Shown in pieces: positions 17,786-27,552 of a stretch of DNA of 64,000 nucleotides. The notes under the pieces were generated by a model that was not told the DNA's origin, searched no databases, and saw only the letters and a list, made by a program, of their open reading frames with translations. The stretch covers positions 11,143 to 75,142 of the forward strand of contig JABDFL010000002.1 of NCBI GenBank assembly GCA_013286575.1, written 5' to 3'. How positions within the stretch are numbered: the stretch's first letter is position 1; each line of letters opens with the position of its first letter. This DNA comes from Candidatus Omnitrophota bacterium. GTDB lineage: Bacteria > Omnitrophota > Gorgyraeia > Zapsychrales > Fredricksoniimonadaceae. Both the position numbers and the translations under genes were made by a program.

Positions 17786-18241
17786 TCATGTCCCGTCGGT
17801 TTCGTATTCCTCCAAACGATTCCCCAGGGCAAACTCAATTTTAGTGATGAGATTAAGCGGCCTGAAAGGTTTCAGGATAGACGTCTTAATACCGCATAAT
17901 TTCATCATCAAAAAATGCTGTTTCTCCGTGAAAAAGCCTGTCATGGCAATGACAGGGACATCTTTCAGGATCAGGGAATTCCTGGCCTCATCAGCGATCT
18001 GAAACCCGCTTTTGGGGCTCATTTTTAAATCCAGCAAAATGAGATCAGGCTTGTTCTTTAGAGCAACTTCAAAAACCTGGGTGCCATCGCTGATAGCGAT
18101 AACATCATAACCTCCCAATTTTAATAAATTCTCCAACTCTTCCAGGAGTTCAACATTATCATCTACGATCATGACAAGAGGTTTAGTCCTTGTGGTTGTT
18201 TCCTGCTTCTCCTGAAGAGAATCGATCATCGTACTTGTCAT
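17786..18241 (-). CDS. Single-domain response regulator (REC only)
   Basis: LVMIVDDNVEL, DLILLDLKMSPKSG, VIAMTGF, ILKPFRP. Start set at ATG 18239-18241 (MTSTMIDS...), preceded by AGGAGG with a 5-nt spacer; the track ORF begins at a TTG. Confidence 0.8.
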   Translation of the reverse strand: MTSTMIDSLQEKQETTTRTKPLVMIVDDNVELLEELENLLKLGGYDVIAISDGTQVFEVALKNKPDLILLDLKMSPKSGFQIADEARNSLILKDVPVIAMTGFFTEKQHFLMMKLCGIKTSILKPFRPLNLITKIEFALGNRLEEYETDGT

Positions 18242-18386
18242 AAGCGCCTCCTGCTTTTTCATCACCCAAAGATTGGTCCGCTTTGGATGAATATTACTTC
18301 TAATAATAACTCCAAATGGGGGGATTGCTTTCTCCACTTCAAGTATATCTTTTTCAGGCAAAGTGGCAATGGCATGGTTCTTCTTT

Positions 18387-18794
18387 TTACTGACTTTGTT
18401 CCACTATCGGTAAAGCCAATTCTTTGACCTTTTGAAGAAGATTCTCTACCATAAAAGGCTTATTAATGACAATATCCGCCATATTTAAGACTTTTTCTTC
18501 CTCATCCTGAGAGACGCCATCTTCTTTAAGTAAGGCATCCCCTAAAGGCCGTCCTGAAAGCACCAGGACTTTTAGAGGCTTGACTGTTTTCCTGATATCT
18601 TTAAGGATCCCGTATCCGTTCAGGCCCGGCAATTTCAAATCTAAAATAATAATTTGATATTGCCTCTCTTGCAGATACCGCAGTCCCTGCAGGCCGTCCA
18701 AGGCTATGTCTACTTTAAAGCCTTCTGCTTCAAGGACTTCTCCCAGTTCCGCGCACAACTCTTCGTCGTCGTCAATGATGAGTAGTTTCAGCAT
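18387..18794 (-). CDS. Single-domain response regulator (REC only)
   Basis: KLLIIDDDEEL, QIIILDLKLPGLNG, VLVLSGRP, VINKPF. Start at ATG 18792-18794, preceded by ACAGGAGAAATT. Confidence 0.85.
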   Translation of the reverse strand: MLKLLIIDDDEELCAELGEVLEAEGFKVDIALDGLQGLRYLQERQYQIIILDLKLPGLNGYGILKDIRKTVKPLKVLVLSGRPLGDALLKEDGVSQDEEEKVLNMADIVINKPFMVENLLQKVKELALPIVEQSQ

Positions 18795-21594
18795 AATTTC
18801 TCCTGTGCACCGGCAAAAAAACACAGACCGTGGTCCCTTCTCCCAACCTGCTGCTAATTTCAATTTTACCTTGATGCAAATTGACCAATTCATTGCAAAT
18901 AGTAAGCCCTAAACCAGTCCCCTTGGATTTACGGGTAAAAAACGGCTCAAAAACTTTATCCAAATCTTCCTGGGCAATACCTACACCTTTATCCCGCACG
19001 CTGACACGGACCTGCTCCCCTTCAAGCCGGGCACTTACTTCAACCTTGCCGCCGGGTGCCGCAAAAGCCTGGCAGGCATTATTGATGATATTCAAAAAAA
19101 TCTCCCGGATTTGATTGGGATCAGCCTCAATGAAATCCATGCCGTCATCATATTTTTTTTCAATAATAATGCCTTTCTCGGCAAAACGCCCCTGGGCTGA
19201 TGCCACGCACTCATCAAGGACATTCAGGATACGCACATTTTCATAATTAGGGATTTTAATGCGCGCGTAACTAAGCAAATTGTCGATGATCTGATTGCCT
19301 TCCCAAACTTTCTTTTCAATGTTCACCAAATGTTTATTGGCGTTCAACTCGGCCTTTTCTTTCTTCAAATTATAAGCGGCCAGATGAATGACCCCCAATG
19401 GATTGCGCAACTCGTGGGCCACGGTCGCGGCCAGGGTCCCTATATCTGCCAGACGGCTGAACTGCTTGAGTTCTTTCTGTGTTTTTATCAATTCTTTGGA
19501 GCGTTCATCCACCAGCTGTTCCAGGCTTTCCTTGTCCCGCCGTAAGATTTCTTCGGCCATTTTACGCTCCGTGATATCGATACAAGAACCGATAAAACCT
19601 CCAAAATAACCATTGTAACTGAAACGCGGCACCCCTGTATCCAATACCCAACGGTAAACACCGTCCGCCCTTTTAAGCCTGTAATCCAAAGTGAATTCTT
19701 CGCGGGACTTAAACGCTTTTAAATAGACCTTCATGCAGCGCGAGAGATCATCCGGATGGATCCGCTTTCTCCAACCATCCCCAAAATCATCACCGACGGA
19801 CTGGCCGGTAAAAACCAGCCAGGCCTTATTGCAGAAACTGTAAAGGCCGTCCTCTCCTGACATCCAGATCATGACAGGGGCCGTATCAGCCATGGTCCTG
19901 AAGCGACGCTCGCTTTCTTCGATGGCCAGCTGCGCTTTTTTACGTTCCGTAATATTGCGCGCAATGGATGAAGCACCGATAAGCATGCCTGCATCATTGT
20001 GTAAGGGGGAAACAGTCAGCAACACATCAATAAGGCTGCCATCTTTACGCTGCCGTATGGTTTCCAGAAGCTCTATCTTCCTTCCTTCTTCAAGGTCCTG
20101 AAATATTTCCGCCAATTCCTCTTTTTTATCTTCAGGGACTAAAACTTCAATAGATCGCCCGATCATTTCTTCGGAGGTGTACCCATAAAGCTTCTCTGCC
20201 CCTCTATTCCAGCTGGTGATCGTACCATCCAGCGATTTAGAAATAATAGCTTCATCCGAGCTTTCTACGATGGAAGCAAAATGTACCCGCGCCTCCTCAT
20301 ATTTCTTTCTTTCCGTAATATCACGGTAATTGATCACCACCGCTTCGACAGCCGGTTGGTGCAAAAGATTGCATCCCGAACCCTCCAGCCAGCACCAGCT
20401 GCCGTTTTTACGCTGCATACGGCATACGGTATGCACGATCGCCCCCGGTGTTTTTAAAAGCCCTTCAAATATTTCAAGGATACCGGGAACGTCTTCCGGG
20501 TGCATCCACTCAAACATGGAATGGCCTATAAGCTCTGAATTATCATAACCCAGCACATTTTTCGTCGGAGGGCTGGTATAAACCACCTTGCCTTCCCTGT
20601 CAACCATCGCAATGACTTCGAAGGAATTTTCCACCAGGCTCCTAAAACGGGCCTCATTATATTTTATGTCTTCCTCTGCTTTCTGACGCTCATACAAAGC
20701 CGCAGCCAGGGTCAGGACAGTCACCGCGATAACACCCATGAAACATTGCACTATCACCAAATCTTCCTGCACGCGTTGACCGAGAAATGGCCCCAGATGG
20801 TTGATGGAACCGCAAACCGCGACGATCGAAGTTGTTAAAATAGATAAAATCGCCCCTGGAAAACCAAAACGATAGGTGGACCATATGGCAAAAGGCAATA
20901 TCAAATAAGTTACATGGGAATGAAATCCATATTCCGGGAATCTCCCCATGAACACTCCGCCATTAACTATAATTAAAACAATGCCAACCAGCACAACTTC
21001 CAGGGCCTGCTGCACTGAACTTATTTGCCATGATTTCCTGTGATAGGTCAAAAACATGGAGGCTATGACCAGTATGCCGATGACATCCCCGAGCCACCAT
21101 GTAAACCAAACCATATCAAAAGAAATACCTGCGGCGGGATGGATGAAATAAACAGCAGATGTCCCGATGGTGGCACTGGATAAACAAGCCACCAGGACGG
21201 CGAAAACAAATTTAAAAATGTCCCTGATTTTAGACAACGGCCCCGTTTCTTCGGTAAAGCTGCGCAGCAAGAAGACCCCAAACAGGGCCTCCACGCTGTT
21301 TCCGGCACCGATCAGCGCTGAAACAGGGAACGCCGGAACAGGTGTCCATCCATTATGGATAAAGACCAGCATATTCGCTATAAAAGCCCCCAGCCATATG
21401 CCCGGCCAAACCCTGTATCCCAAAAACCAGATAACGCTAAACGCTATCCCCGACGGAGGCCAGACAGGCGAGGCATTGGTGCCTTCAAAAGCCAATTGCA
21501 GGGAGCCATAGGCAATAAGGGCATACAGGATGGCGATGGCAACGCAAAGGCGGCCTGTAGATACCTGTTGAAGTTTTTTTAAGGACGTCATCAA
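18772..21594 (-). CDS. Sensor histidine kinase: MASE1 membrane domain, three PAS domains, HisKA-HATPase
   Basis: MASE1 signature SPVWPPSGIAFSVIWFLGYRVWPGIWLGAFIAN. PAS starts at RFRSLVENSFEV, HFASIVESSDEAII and RFRTMADTAPVMIW. H-box [57 protein letters not shown]. Confidence 0.85.
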   Translation of the reverse strand: MMTSLKKLQQVSTGRLCVAIAILYALIAYGSLQLAFEGTNASPVWPPSGIAFSVIWFLGYRVWPGIWLGAFIANMLVFIHNGWTPVPAFPVSALIGAGNSVEALFGVFLLRSFTEETGPLSKIRDIFKFVFAVLVACLSSATIGTSAVYFIHPAAGISFDMVWFTWWLGDVIGILVIASMFLTYHRKSWQISSVQQALEVVLVGIVLIIVNGGVFMGRFPEYGFHSHVTYLILPFAIWSTYRFGFPGAILSILTTSIVAVCGSINHLGPFLGQRVQEDLVIVQCFMGVIAVTVLTLAAALYERQKAEEDIKYNEARFRSLVENSFEVIAMVDREGKVVYTSPPTKNVLGYDNSELIGHSMFEWMHPEDVPGILEIFEGLLKTPGAIVHTVCRMQRKNGSWCWLEGSGCNLLHQPAVEAVVINYRDITERKKYEEARVHFASIVESSDEAIISKSLDGTITSWNRGAEKLYGYTSEEMIGRSIEVLVPEDKKEELAEIFQDLEEGRKIELLETIRQRKDGSLIDVLLTVSPLHNDAGMLIGASSIARNITERKKAQLAIEESERRFRTMADTAPVMIWMSGEDGLYSFCNKAWLVFTGQSVGDDFGDGWRKRIHPDDLSRCMKVYLKAFKSREEFTLDYRLKRADGVYRWVLDTGVPRFSYNGYFGGFIGSCIDITERKMAEEILRRDKESLEQLVDERSKELIKTQKELKQFSRLADIGTLAATVAHELRNPLGVIHLAAYNLKKEKAELNANKHLVNIEKKVWEGNQIIDNLLSYARIKIPNYENVRILNVLDECVASAQGRFAEKGIIIEKKYDDGMDFIEADPNQIREIFLNIINNACQAFAAPGGKVEVSARLEGEQVRVSVRDKGVGIAQEDLDKVFEPFFTRKSKGTGLGLTICNELVNLHQGKIEISSRLGEGTTVCVFLPVHRRNYAETTHH

Positions 21595-21599
21595 AGCTC

Positions 21600-21983
21600 C
21601 TATGCTTTATTTACATTACGGCTGACCACATCCAGCATATTGTCCACGCCGCTGGCTTTATTTAAAAAGCCGCTTGCCCTCAACTGATTGACCTTCATGA
21701 CGGCATTCCCGTCAGCTGTAATCACCACCACCGGTATGGCCGCGATATGCTCATCCAATAGCTGTTCACGGCGGAAGCGGTATCCATCCATCACCGGCAT
21801 CATCAGGTCTAATAAAATAAGGTCCACCTTGGCCTGTGTCTTGCGAAGGAAATCCAGCGCTTCCTGGCCATTATTGGCACAATAAACCTTATAACCTTCC
21901 GACTCAAAAAGCTCCTTTGTCAAATCCTGCAAATCAACAGAGTCTTCTACCACCAATAGTGTATTCTTTTTATTTTGTCCCAC
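21600..21983 (-). CDS. Single-domain response regulator (REC only)
   Basis: TLLVVEDSVDL, DLILLDLMMPVMDG, VVVITADGN. I favour GTG 21981-21983 (AAAGGGG upstream); the upstream ATG 22058 would add 25 residues inside the preceding kinase gene. Confidence 0.7.
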   Translation of the reverse strand: MGQNKKNTLLVVEDSVDLQDLTKELFESEGYKVYCANNGQEALDFLRKTQAKVDLILLDLMMPVMDGYRFRREQLLDEHIAAIPVVVITADGNAVMKVNQLRASGFLNKASGVDNMLDVVSRNVNKA

Positions 21984-24867
21984 TATTGACCCCTTTCTTT
22001 TTGATGTTCTCAGGCTTAACAGGCATTTCCAATATGAATTTAGCCCCTTTGCCCTCATCGCTCTCCAGGCGGATAGTACCTTGATGGGCCTCGACTAAAT
22101 TTTTGACGATAAAAAGACCTAGCCCCATGCCGCTTGAATGGGTGACCGGTGAGGCCCGTCCAAACCGTTCAAATATCCTGTGCTGCAGATTAAGCGCAAT
22201 GCCCGGGCCCCGGTCTTCCACGCTGATAAGGACCGTTTTATGGGGCGTTTGATTGACCGTTACCCTGACTGCCGCACCCGGCGCGTATTTAACGGCATTC
22301 GAAAAAAGATTGACGAGGATTTCCTGGAACTTAGCCTGGTCCCATTCCACATAAATGTCTTCCTTCATCTTGATCAACTGGGCAGGGCACCCGGCAATAA
22401 AAAACTGGACCGCAAAACTCTCAAAAGATTCTTTAACAGCGGCGGAAAGGTTAAACACCGCCGGCTGCAGGACCAGCCCTCCCAGGCGGATCTTTGAGAC
22501 ATCCAGCAGATTATTGATTAAATCCACAAATATGTCCACCTGCTTTAAGGACATATCAAAAGACTTTTTTAAAGCCTCCACCGAAGGCGCCTGGTTGACC
22601 TGCGGTTTGATTTTCCTGTCAATCATCTGCAATTGGAGTTTTAAAGCACTCACCGGCGTCTTTAATTCATGGGAAGCGATGGAAAGAAACTCATCCCTGG
22701 CCTGGATAGAATCCTGCAATACCGCATTTAACCGTTCCAGCTCTTCCGCTTTCATTTTTAACTGGCGCCTGTTTTTTGAAACTTCGACCGTCAGCATTTG
22801 CAAGTCTCTCTCCGTGCTTTCCAGTTCGTGCTGCAGCTGTTCCCTGGAACGTTTGATGGCCACCAGGTTATGGACGCGCGCTAAAACTTCTTCGGAGAAG
22901 AACGGTTTTAAAACATAATCCTGTGCCCCTTTCTTAAGGAGCTGGATCCGTAACTGTTCGTCGGCCTTGGCTGTTAAAAGCATGATCGGTATGCCGTCCA
23001 ATTCGGGCATGGTCCTGATTTGAGTGACCATGTGCTCACCGCTCATCCTGGGCATCATGATATCGCTTAAGATCAAATCCGGTTTCAGGTCAATGGCTTT
23101 TTGCAAACCCTCCTGCCCGTCAAAAGCTGTTTCAATATTAAACTCGGCTGATAAAATATCCGTCAGGAAACGGCTCAAATCAGCATTATCTTCAACAATC
23201 AAAACAAGTCCTTTGGCATTTTCTTTTCTTTGAAAATCCTTTGGTCCCGGCGAAACCTCTTTTAATTCCGCCAGACTTTGGACCACCTGGTCTAAGGACA
23301 CTACAGAATCAACTCCGTCCGCAATGACCACATGTGACGGGGCTTTAAGCGGGAGCTTCATCGTGAATTGGGCCCCGTGACCAGGGGCGCCTGCCACCCC
23401 GATAGACCCTTGATGCAACTCTACAAATTCCTTGGCAATGGCAAGCCCCAATCCTGTCCCGCCAAAACGTTTCGTCATATGGTCTTCACCCTGCTTAAAC
23501 CTCTCAAAAATGGCCTCACGCAACTCCAGGGGGACACCCGGACCGGTATCTTTAACGCTGATCAGCATGTCCGCATCCTGTTTTTCGGCGGAAATACTAA
23601 TGGCCCCTCCCTTTGGTGTGAATTTAAAAGCATTACTGATCAAGTTTAACAAAACCCTTTGGACCATATTCGGGTCTGCCTGCAGTATTAACGCATCTGA
23701 AAATTCCATACTGAAAAGAATGTCCTTGTCACGGGCCAGGCCGTCAAAATTACAGGCGATGGACCTGATCATAGCGCCCAAATTAAATGCCACATAACTG
23801 GGCGTAATTTTCCCGGCTTCAAGACGGGCCACATCCAGCAAATCATTGACATGTTTAAGCAAAAGCCTGCCATTGCGAATGATCACTTCCATCGCCTGCT
23901 TCTGTTGCGGGTCAAGATTGGAAGCTTCCCTGATTTTCTCCGCCGGCCCCAGGATCAGGGTCAACGGCGTTCTTAACTCATGGCTGACATTGGCAAAAAA
24001 CTGGGTCTTTAACTGGTCCAGTTGTTTAAGCCGTTCATTGAGCTGGTTTAACTGGATATTTTTCCGTTCGATTTCAGCCTCGGCCTGCTTTTTTTCCGTG
24101 ATATTCCGTCCCTCACCCAAAAAGTACGCGATCTTACCCTGTTCATCACGGATGGGCATCAAAGAAAAATCAATGGTGATCTTTTGTGTGCCTCCCGCCC
24201 CGGCCCATAGTTCAAGCTCTTCCCTGACAAATTCCCCCCGGGTCGCTTTCAAATAAGCGTTATGGACCTTCTGGGGATTGTCTTCCGATACTTTCCAGGG
24301 GGAGACTTCCCACAGATAAGAACCGACAACATCGGATTTTTGTAAACCCGACCCATCGAGCGCGGGTTTATTGATTTCCAGGAACCGGCCGTCCGCGTCA
24401 AGAAGCCCCACAAATTGATACATGCGCTCAAGGATGATCCTGGCCGTGGGCTCACTCACATCTTCGACCCGATGAATGATATAGAGGAGCTTTCCATCGG
24501 GTCCTAAAACCGGTGAATTGATCGGAGTCCAATACCGTTCTTCAAATCCTCCGCCTTGGGAGTCCGGACGAGCAATGTCATATTTCTGGACAAGCATAGC
24601 ATCAGTAGTTTTGTTTAAAACGACCTTTTCCAAAGATGTCCGCAGATTACGCACTCCTGTGGCATGAGGGTCATCGGGATTATCAGGGAATGCCTCAAAA
24701 ATTCCTTTGCCTAAAATGACTTCACGTTTAGTCATCGTTGCCTGAAGATAGGCATTGCTGACAGCAATGATGGTAAAGACAGGTGTATTGGGAAGCAAAA
24801 CGAGGTACAAGCCGGGGCAGGCTTCGAACAAGGCCTGAAAATCAGGCTTTATTGGAGACATATCCAT
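21970..24867 (-). CDS. Hybrid histidine kinase with two complete kinase cores: PAS-PAS-HisKA-HATPase-REC-HisKA-HATPase
   Basis: Core 1: [65 protein letters not shown]: LVLIVEDNADL, DLILSDIMMPRMSG, IMLLTAKAD, DYVLKPF. Core 2: FLSIASHELKTPVSAL, LVNLFSNAVKYAPG, VEDRGPGIA, SGMGLGLFIVKNLVEAHQG. SD GGAGGTG precedes ATG 24867. Confidence 0.85.
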   Translation of the reverse strand: MDMSPIKPDFQALFEACPGLYLVLLPNTPVFTIIAVSNAYLQATMTKREVILGKGIFEAFPDNPDDPHATGVRNLRTSLEKVVLNKTTDAMLVQKYDIARPDSQGGGFEERYWTPINSPVLGPDGKLLYIIHRVEDVSEPTARIILERMYQFVGLLDADGRFLEINKPALDGSGLQKSDVVGSYLWEVSPWKVSEDNPQKVHNAYLKATRGEFVREELELWAGAGGTQKITIDFSLMPIRDEQGKIAYFLGEGRNITEKKQAEAEIERKNIQLNQLNERLKQLDQLKTQFFANVSHELRTPLTLILGPAEKIREASNLDPQQKQAMEVIIRNGRLLLKHVNDLLDVARLEAGKITPSYVAFNLGAMIRSIACNFDGLARDKDILFSMEFSDALILQADPNMVQRVLLNLISNAFKFTPKGGAISISAEKQDADMLISVKDTGPGVPLELREAIFERFKQGEDHMTKRFGGTGLGLAIAKEFVELHQGSIGVAGAPGHGAQFTMKLPLKAPSHVVIADGVDSVVSLDQVVQSLAELKEVSPGPKDFQRKENAKGLVLIVEDNADLSRFLTDILSAEFNIETAFDGQEGLQKAIDLKPDLILSDIMMPRMSGEHMVTQIRTMPELDGIPIMLLTAKADEQLRIQLLKKGAQDYVLKPFFSEEVLARVHNLVAIKRSREQLQHELESTERDLQMLTVEVSKNRRQLKMKAEELERLNAVLQDSIQARDEFLSIASHELKTPVSALKLQLQMIDRKIKPQVNQAPSVEALKKSFDMSLKQVDIFVDLINNLLDVSKIRLGGLVLQPAVFNLSAAVKESFESFAVQFFIAGCPAQLIKMKEDIYVEWDQAKFQEILVNLFSNAVKYAPGAAVRVTVNQTPHKTVLISVEDRGPGIALNLQHRIFERFGRASPVTHSSGMGLGLFIVKNLVEAHQGTIRLESDEGKGAKFILEMPVKPENIKKKGVNSGTK

Positions 24868-24937
24868 AAAAACACCTCCATTATAAATATACCATACCCC
24901 CCCGTTATTTTAAAGAGCAAGCTTCTGTCCCTGCCAA

Positions 24938-26821
24938 TCACGTCCGGGCCGTTAAAGGCTGCCTTTGCCCATGGTCTGCCAGCCAATTCTTGACACCTGA
25001 AACATCGCTCCAGTTATAATCCGTTTCCAAAAGAAGGACCGTCTGGATAAAAGCCAGATGAGAGTATCCTTGCGGAAAATTTCCCGTCAGCCGGTGGGTC
25101 GTGACTTCGATGTGCTCTGAAAAAAGCCCCGAAGGATTGGCACAGGTCAATATGTTCTCAAACATCTGCCGGGCCTTTTCTTCTTCACCGATAAGGTATA
25201 AAGCATTGATCATCCAAAAAGTGCAGACAATAAATGCATTTTCAGGGATGCCGAAATCATCGGCCTCCACATAACGGAAAACAAAATCATTTTTGACCAG
25301 ATGTTTATAAATCTGTTTGACGGTGCTGACCATCCGGGGGTCTTTGCGGTCGAGAAACCCGTAGTGGAGCATTAACAGGGCCGAGGCATCGAGCTCGGTA
25401 GCGCCATAATACATGACGAATGATTGCATATCCTCACTCCAGCCATTCTTTAAAATGTCCTCTTTGATCTGTACCGCAAATTTCTGGCAGCGTTGGGCAT
25501 ATTCCTTCTTTCCCACAAATTGGGCAATTTTGGCGGCCCTGTCCAAGGCCACCCAGCTCATCATCTTGGAATGCACATAGTGCTTGGGCTCTCCGCGGCG
25601 CTCCCATATCCCGCAATCAGCTTGCTTCCACACATCCTCGATGTATTTAACCAGGGAACACACCACCGTCCACATCTCTTCTTCCATGTACATCTGTGTG
25701 CGTTGATTAATGAAAAAATACGCGTACATAGTTTCCATCAATTCCCCATAAACATCATTCTGTTTCTGGCGCCAGGCGTCATTACCGATGCGCACCGGCC
25801 GGGAAGATTCATAACCGTTTAAATGACCCAGCTCAATTTCCGTCAGTTCCTTCTCTCCATTGATACCGTATAGGACAGCAATATTGTCGTGCTTGAGCAG
25901 CATGCGGTTGAGGATAAAATGGATATAACGGGTGGCCAGCTGCAAATGCCCCATGCGCACATACAGGTCAATGATCATGGAGGCATCACGCACCCAGCAA
26001 AACCGGTAATCCCAGTTGCGGCTCCCGCCGATGATCTCCGGCAGTGACGTCGTCGGTGCTGCAATGACCGCCCCGGTCTTTTCATAAGTCAGCAGTTTGA
26101 GGGTCAACATGGAACGGATCACCATCTCCAGGTATTTTTCCGGAAGGTCCGTACGCAAAACCCAGTCCAGCCAATAACTTTTGGTCTTTTCATACTCCAC
26201 ATAAATCTTATGGAGATTGCTGTCCTGTAATTTTTCATGGTAGGAAAGCAGGAAAAAAGATGATTCCTTAAGCTCAATGGGTTCACCGGAAATTATTTTT
26301 TGGGCGTCTAAATTGGTGTAAAGAAAGAAATTATCGTAATCCCCTTTCTGGGAAATGATCTCTATGCAGGACTGGCTGCAGGCAAACCGCGGTTGGCCGA
26401 GGGCATAATTGGGCATGGGTTTAAATTCAACAACAATCTGCGGATTGCCGTCGATCACCCGGATATTGCGATGGATTTCAGGGGGGTAATAGACCTGCCC
26501 TTGAGATGTGTGAAAACGGGGCATATAATCCCTGACCTCAAAGGTACCCTGTTTGGTTTCAAAAACAGTTTTAAGAATGACCGTACGGTAAATATAACTT
26601 TGATAGGTCTTGAGCGTGTCCACTCCGGAGATTTTAAAATAACCCCCTTTTTCTTCATCCAGGATGCGCGCAAAGAGAGACGGCGAGTCAAAAAAAGGCA
26701 GGCACAGCCATTCAATGCTGCAATCGGAAGAAATCATGGCCGCGGTCGTGCAATTGCCTATGATGGTATAAGAATCATATGTTTTAATAGCTCTGTCACC
26801 TCCTGTGGTCCTTCCAGACAA
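24938..26821 (-). CDS. Glycoside hydrolase family 15 protein (glucoamylase/trehalase-like)
   Basis: IIGNCTTAAMISSDCSIEWLCLPFFDSPSLFARIL and SRNWDYRFCWVRDASMIIDL are GH15-type motifs. Start uncertain: the codon at 26821 is TTG, it overlaps otsB by 64 nt, and there is no in-frame ATG before the conserved N-terminal motif. Confidence 0.75.
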   Translation of the reverse strand: MSGRTTGGDRAIKTYDSYTIIGNCTTAAMISSDCSIEWLCLPFFDSPSLFARILDEEKGGYFKISGVDTLKTYQSYIYRTVILKTVFETKQGTFEVRDYMPRFHTSQGQVYYPPEIHRNIRVIDGNPQIVVEFKPMPNYALGQPRFACSQSCIEIISQKGDYDNFFLYTNLDAQKIISGEPIELKESSFFLLSYHEKLQDSNLHKIYVEYEKTKSYWLDWVLRTDLPEKYLEMVIRSMLTLKLLTYEKTGAVIAAPTTSLPEIIGGSRNWDYRFCWVRDASMIIDLYVRMGHLQLATRYIHFILNRMLLKHDNIAVLYGINGEKELTEIELGHLNGYESSRPVRIGNDAWRQKQNDVYGELMETMYAYFFINQRTQMYMEEEMWTVVCSLVKYIEDVWKQADCGIWERRGEPKHYVHSKMMSWVALDRAAKIAQFVGKKEYAQRCQKFAVQIKEDILKNGWSEDMQSFVMYYGATELDASALLMLHYGFLDRKDPRMVSTVKQIYKHLVKNDFVFRYVEADDFGIPENAFIVCTFWMINALYLIGEEEKARQMFENILTCANPSGLFSEHIEVTTHRLTGNFPQGYSHLAFIQTVLLLETDYNWSDVSGVKNWLADHGQRQPLTART

Positions 26822-27552
26822 TACTGGGCCGCTGAAAATCTTGGGGTGCCCACAAAAGCGGTAATCCCTCTATTTTTGAGCGCCGCGAAAGCATCTTCAT
26901 CGGTGGTGTCATCCCCGATATAAACCGGCAATACGTTTCCTTTACCTTTAAGGATTTCCTGTTTTCTTAAAAGCCACAGGGCAGCTTTTCCTTTATCCCA
27001 TTCCACGGGAGGCTTTATCTCAAGCACCTTCTTTCCTACATGGACTTTAATTTCGTTTTGCCTGCGATAAGGCATGCAAATGTGATCAAAAATCCTTTTT
27101 ACCAGGAATTCTTTATCCTGCTTCACCAAACGGTAATGCACGCTAAATGTCACACCTTTATCTTCCACAAAAACGCCCTGAATATCGGAAAGTTGCGTGA
27201 CCAATTCATACTTGATCTTTGCCATGATTGATGCAATCTGGACAGGAACAAGGCTTTCAAAATGCATCGAAGAACCCTCTATTTCCCATCCGTGATTGCC
27301 GATATAAAGAACGCCTTCGATACCTACCATTTTTTTGATGTCTGCCAGTGCCCGGCCGCTGATAATCACCACCTGAAACAAAGGAATTTTGACTAAATGA
27401 CCGATCAATTCTTTATTTTCCATGGATAAAACCGCCTGTGACGGACTTGGCGCAATCGGCGTCAAGGTGCCGTCATAATCCAAAAGTAAAAGGATATTCT
27501 TATCAGCCCATGCCTGCACAATACGGTCCCAGGATTCGAGTAAATTTCTCAT
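26758..27552 (-). CDS. otsB: Trehalose-6-phosphate phosphatase (HAD family)
   Basis: HAD motif I LLLLDYDGTLTPIAP and motif IV VYIGDDTTDEDAF. ATGA overlap with the otsA stop. Confidence 0.85.
   Translation of the reverse strand: MRNLLESWDRIVQAWADKNILLLLDYDGTLTPIAPSPSQAVLSMENKELIGHLVKIPLFQVVIISGRALADIKKMVGIEGVLYIGNHGWEIEGSSMHFESLVPVQIASIMAKIKYELVTQLSDIQGVFVEDKGVTFSVHYRLVKQDKEFLVKRIFDHICMPYRRQNEIKVHVGKKVLEIKPPVEWDKGKAALWLLRKQEILKGKGNVLPVYIGDDTTDEDAFAALKNRGITAFVGTPRFSAAQYCLEGPQEVTELLKHMILIPS

Noticed and set aside
18795-18893. N-terminal extensions of track ORFs (18387-18893, 17786-18361, 42172-43422, 47568-48368, 61645-62049, 29073-29657, 58375-59052, 48283-48534, 53076-54740)
   Set aside because: The extensions start at TTG/GTG or at ATGs deep inside the upstream gene. 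In each case an internal ATG/GTG is preceded by a good SD and/or yields a proper signal peptide or receiver N-terminus.
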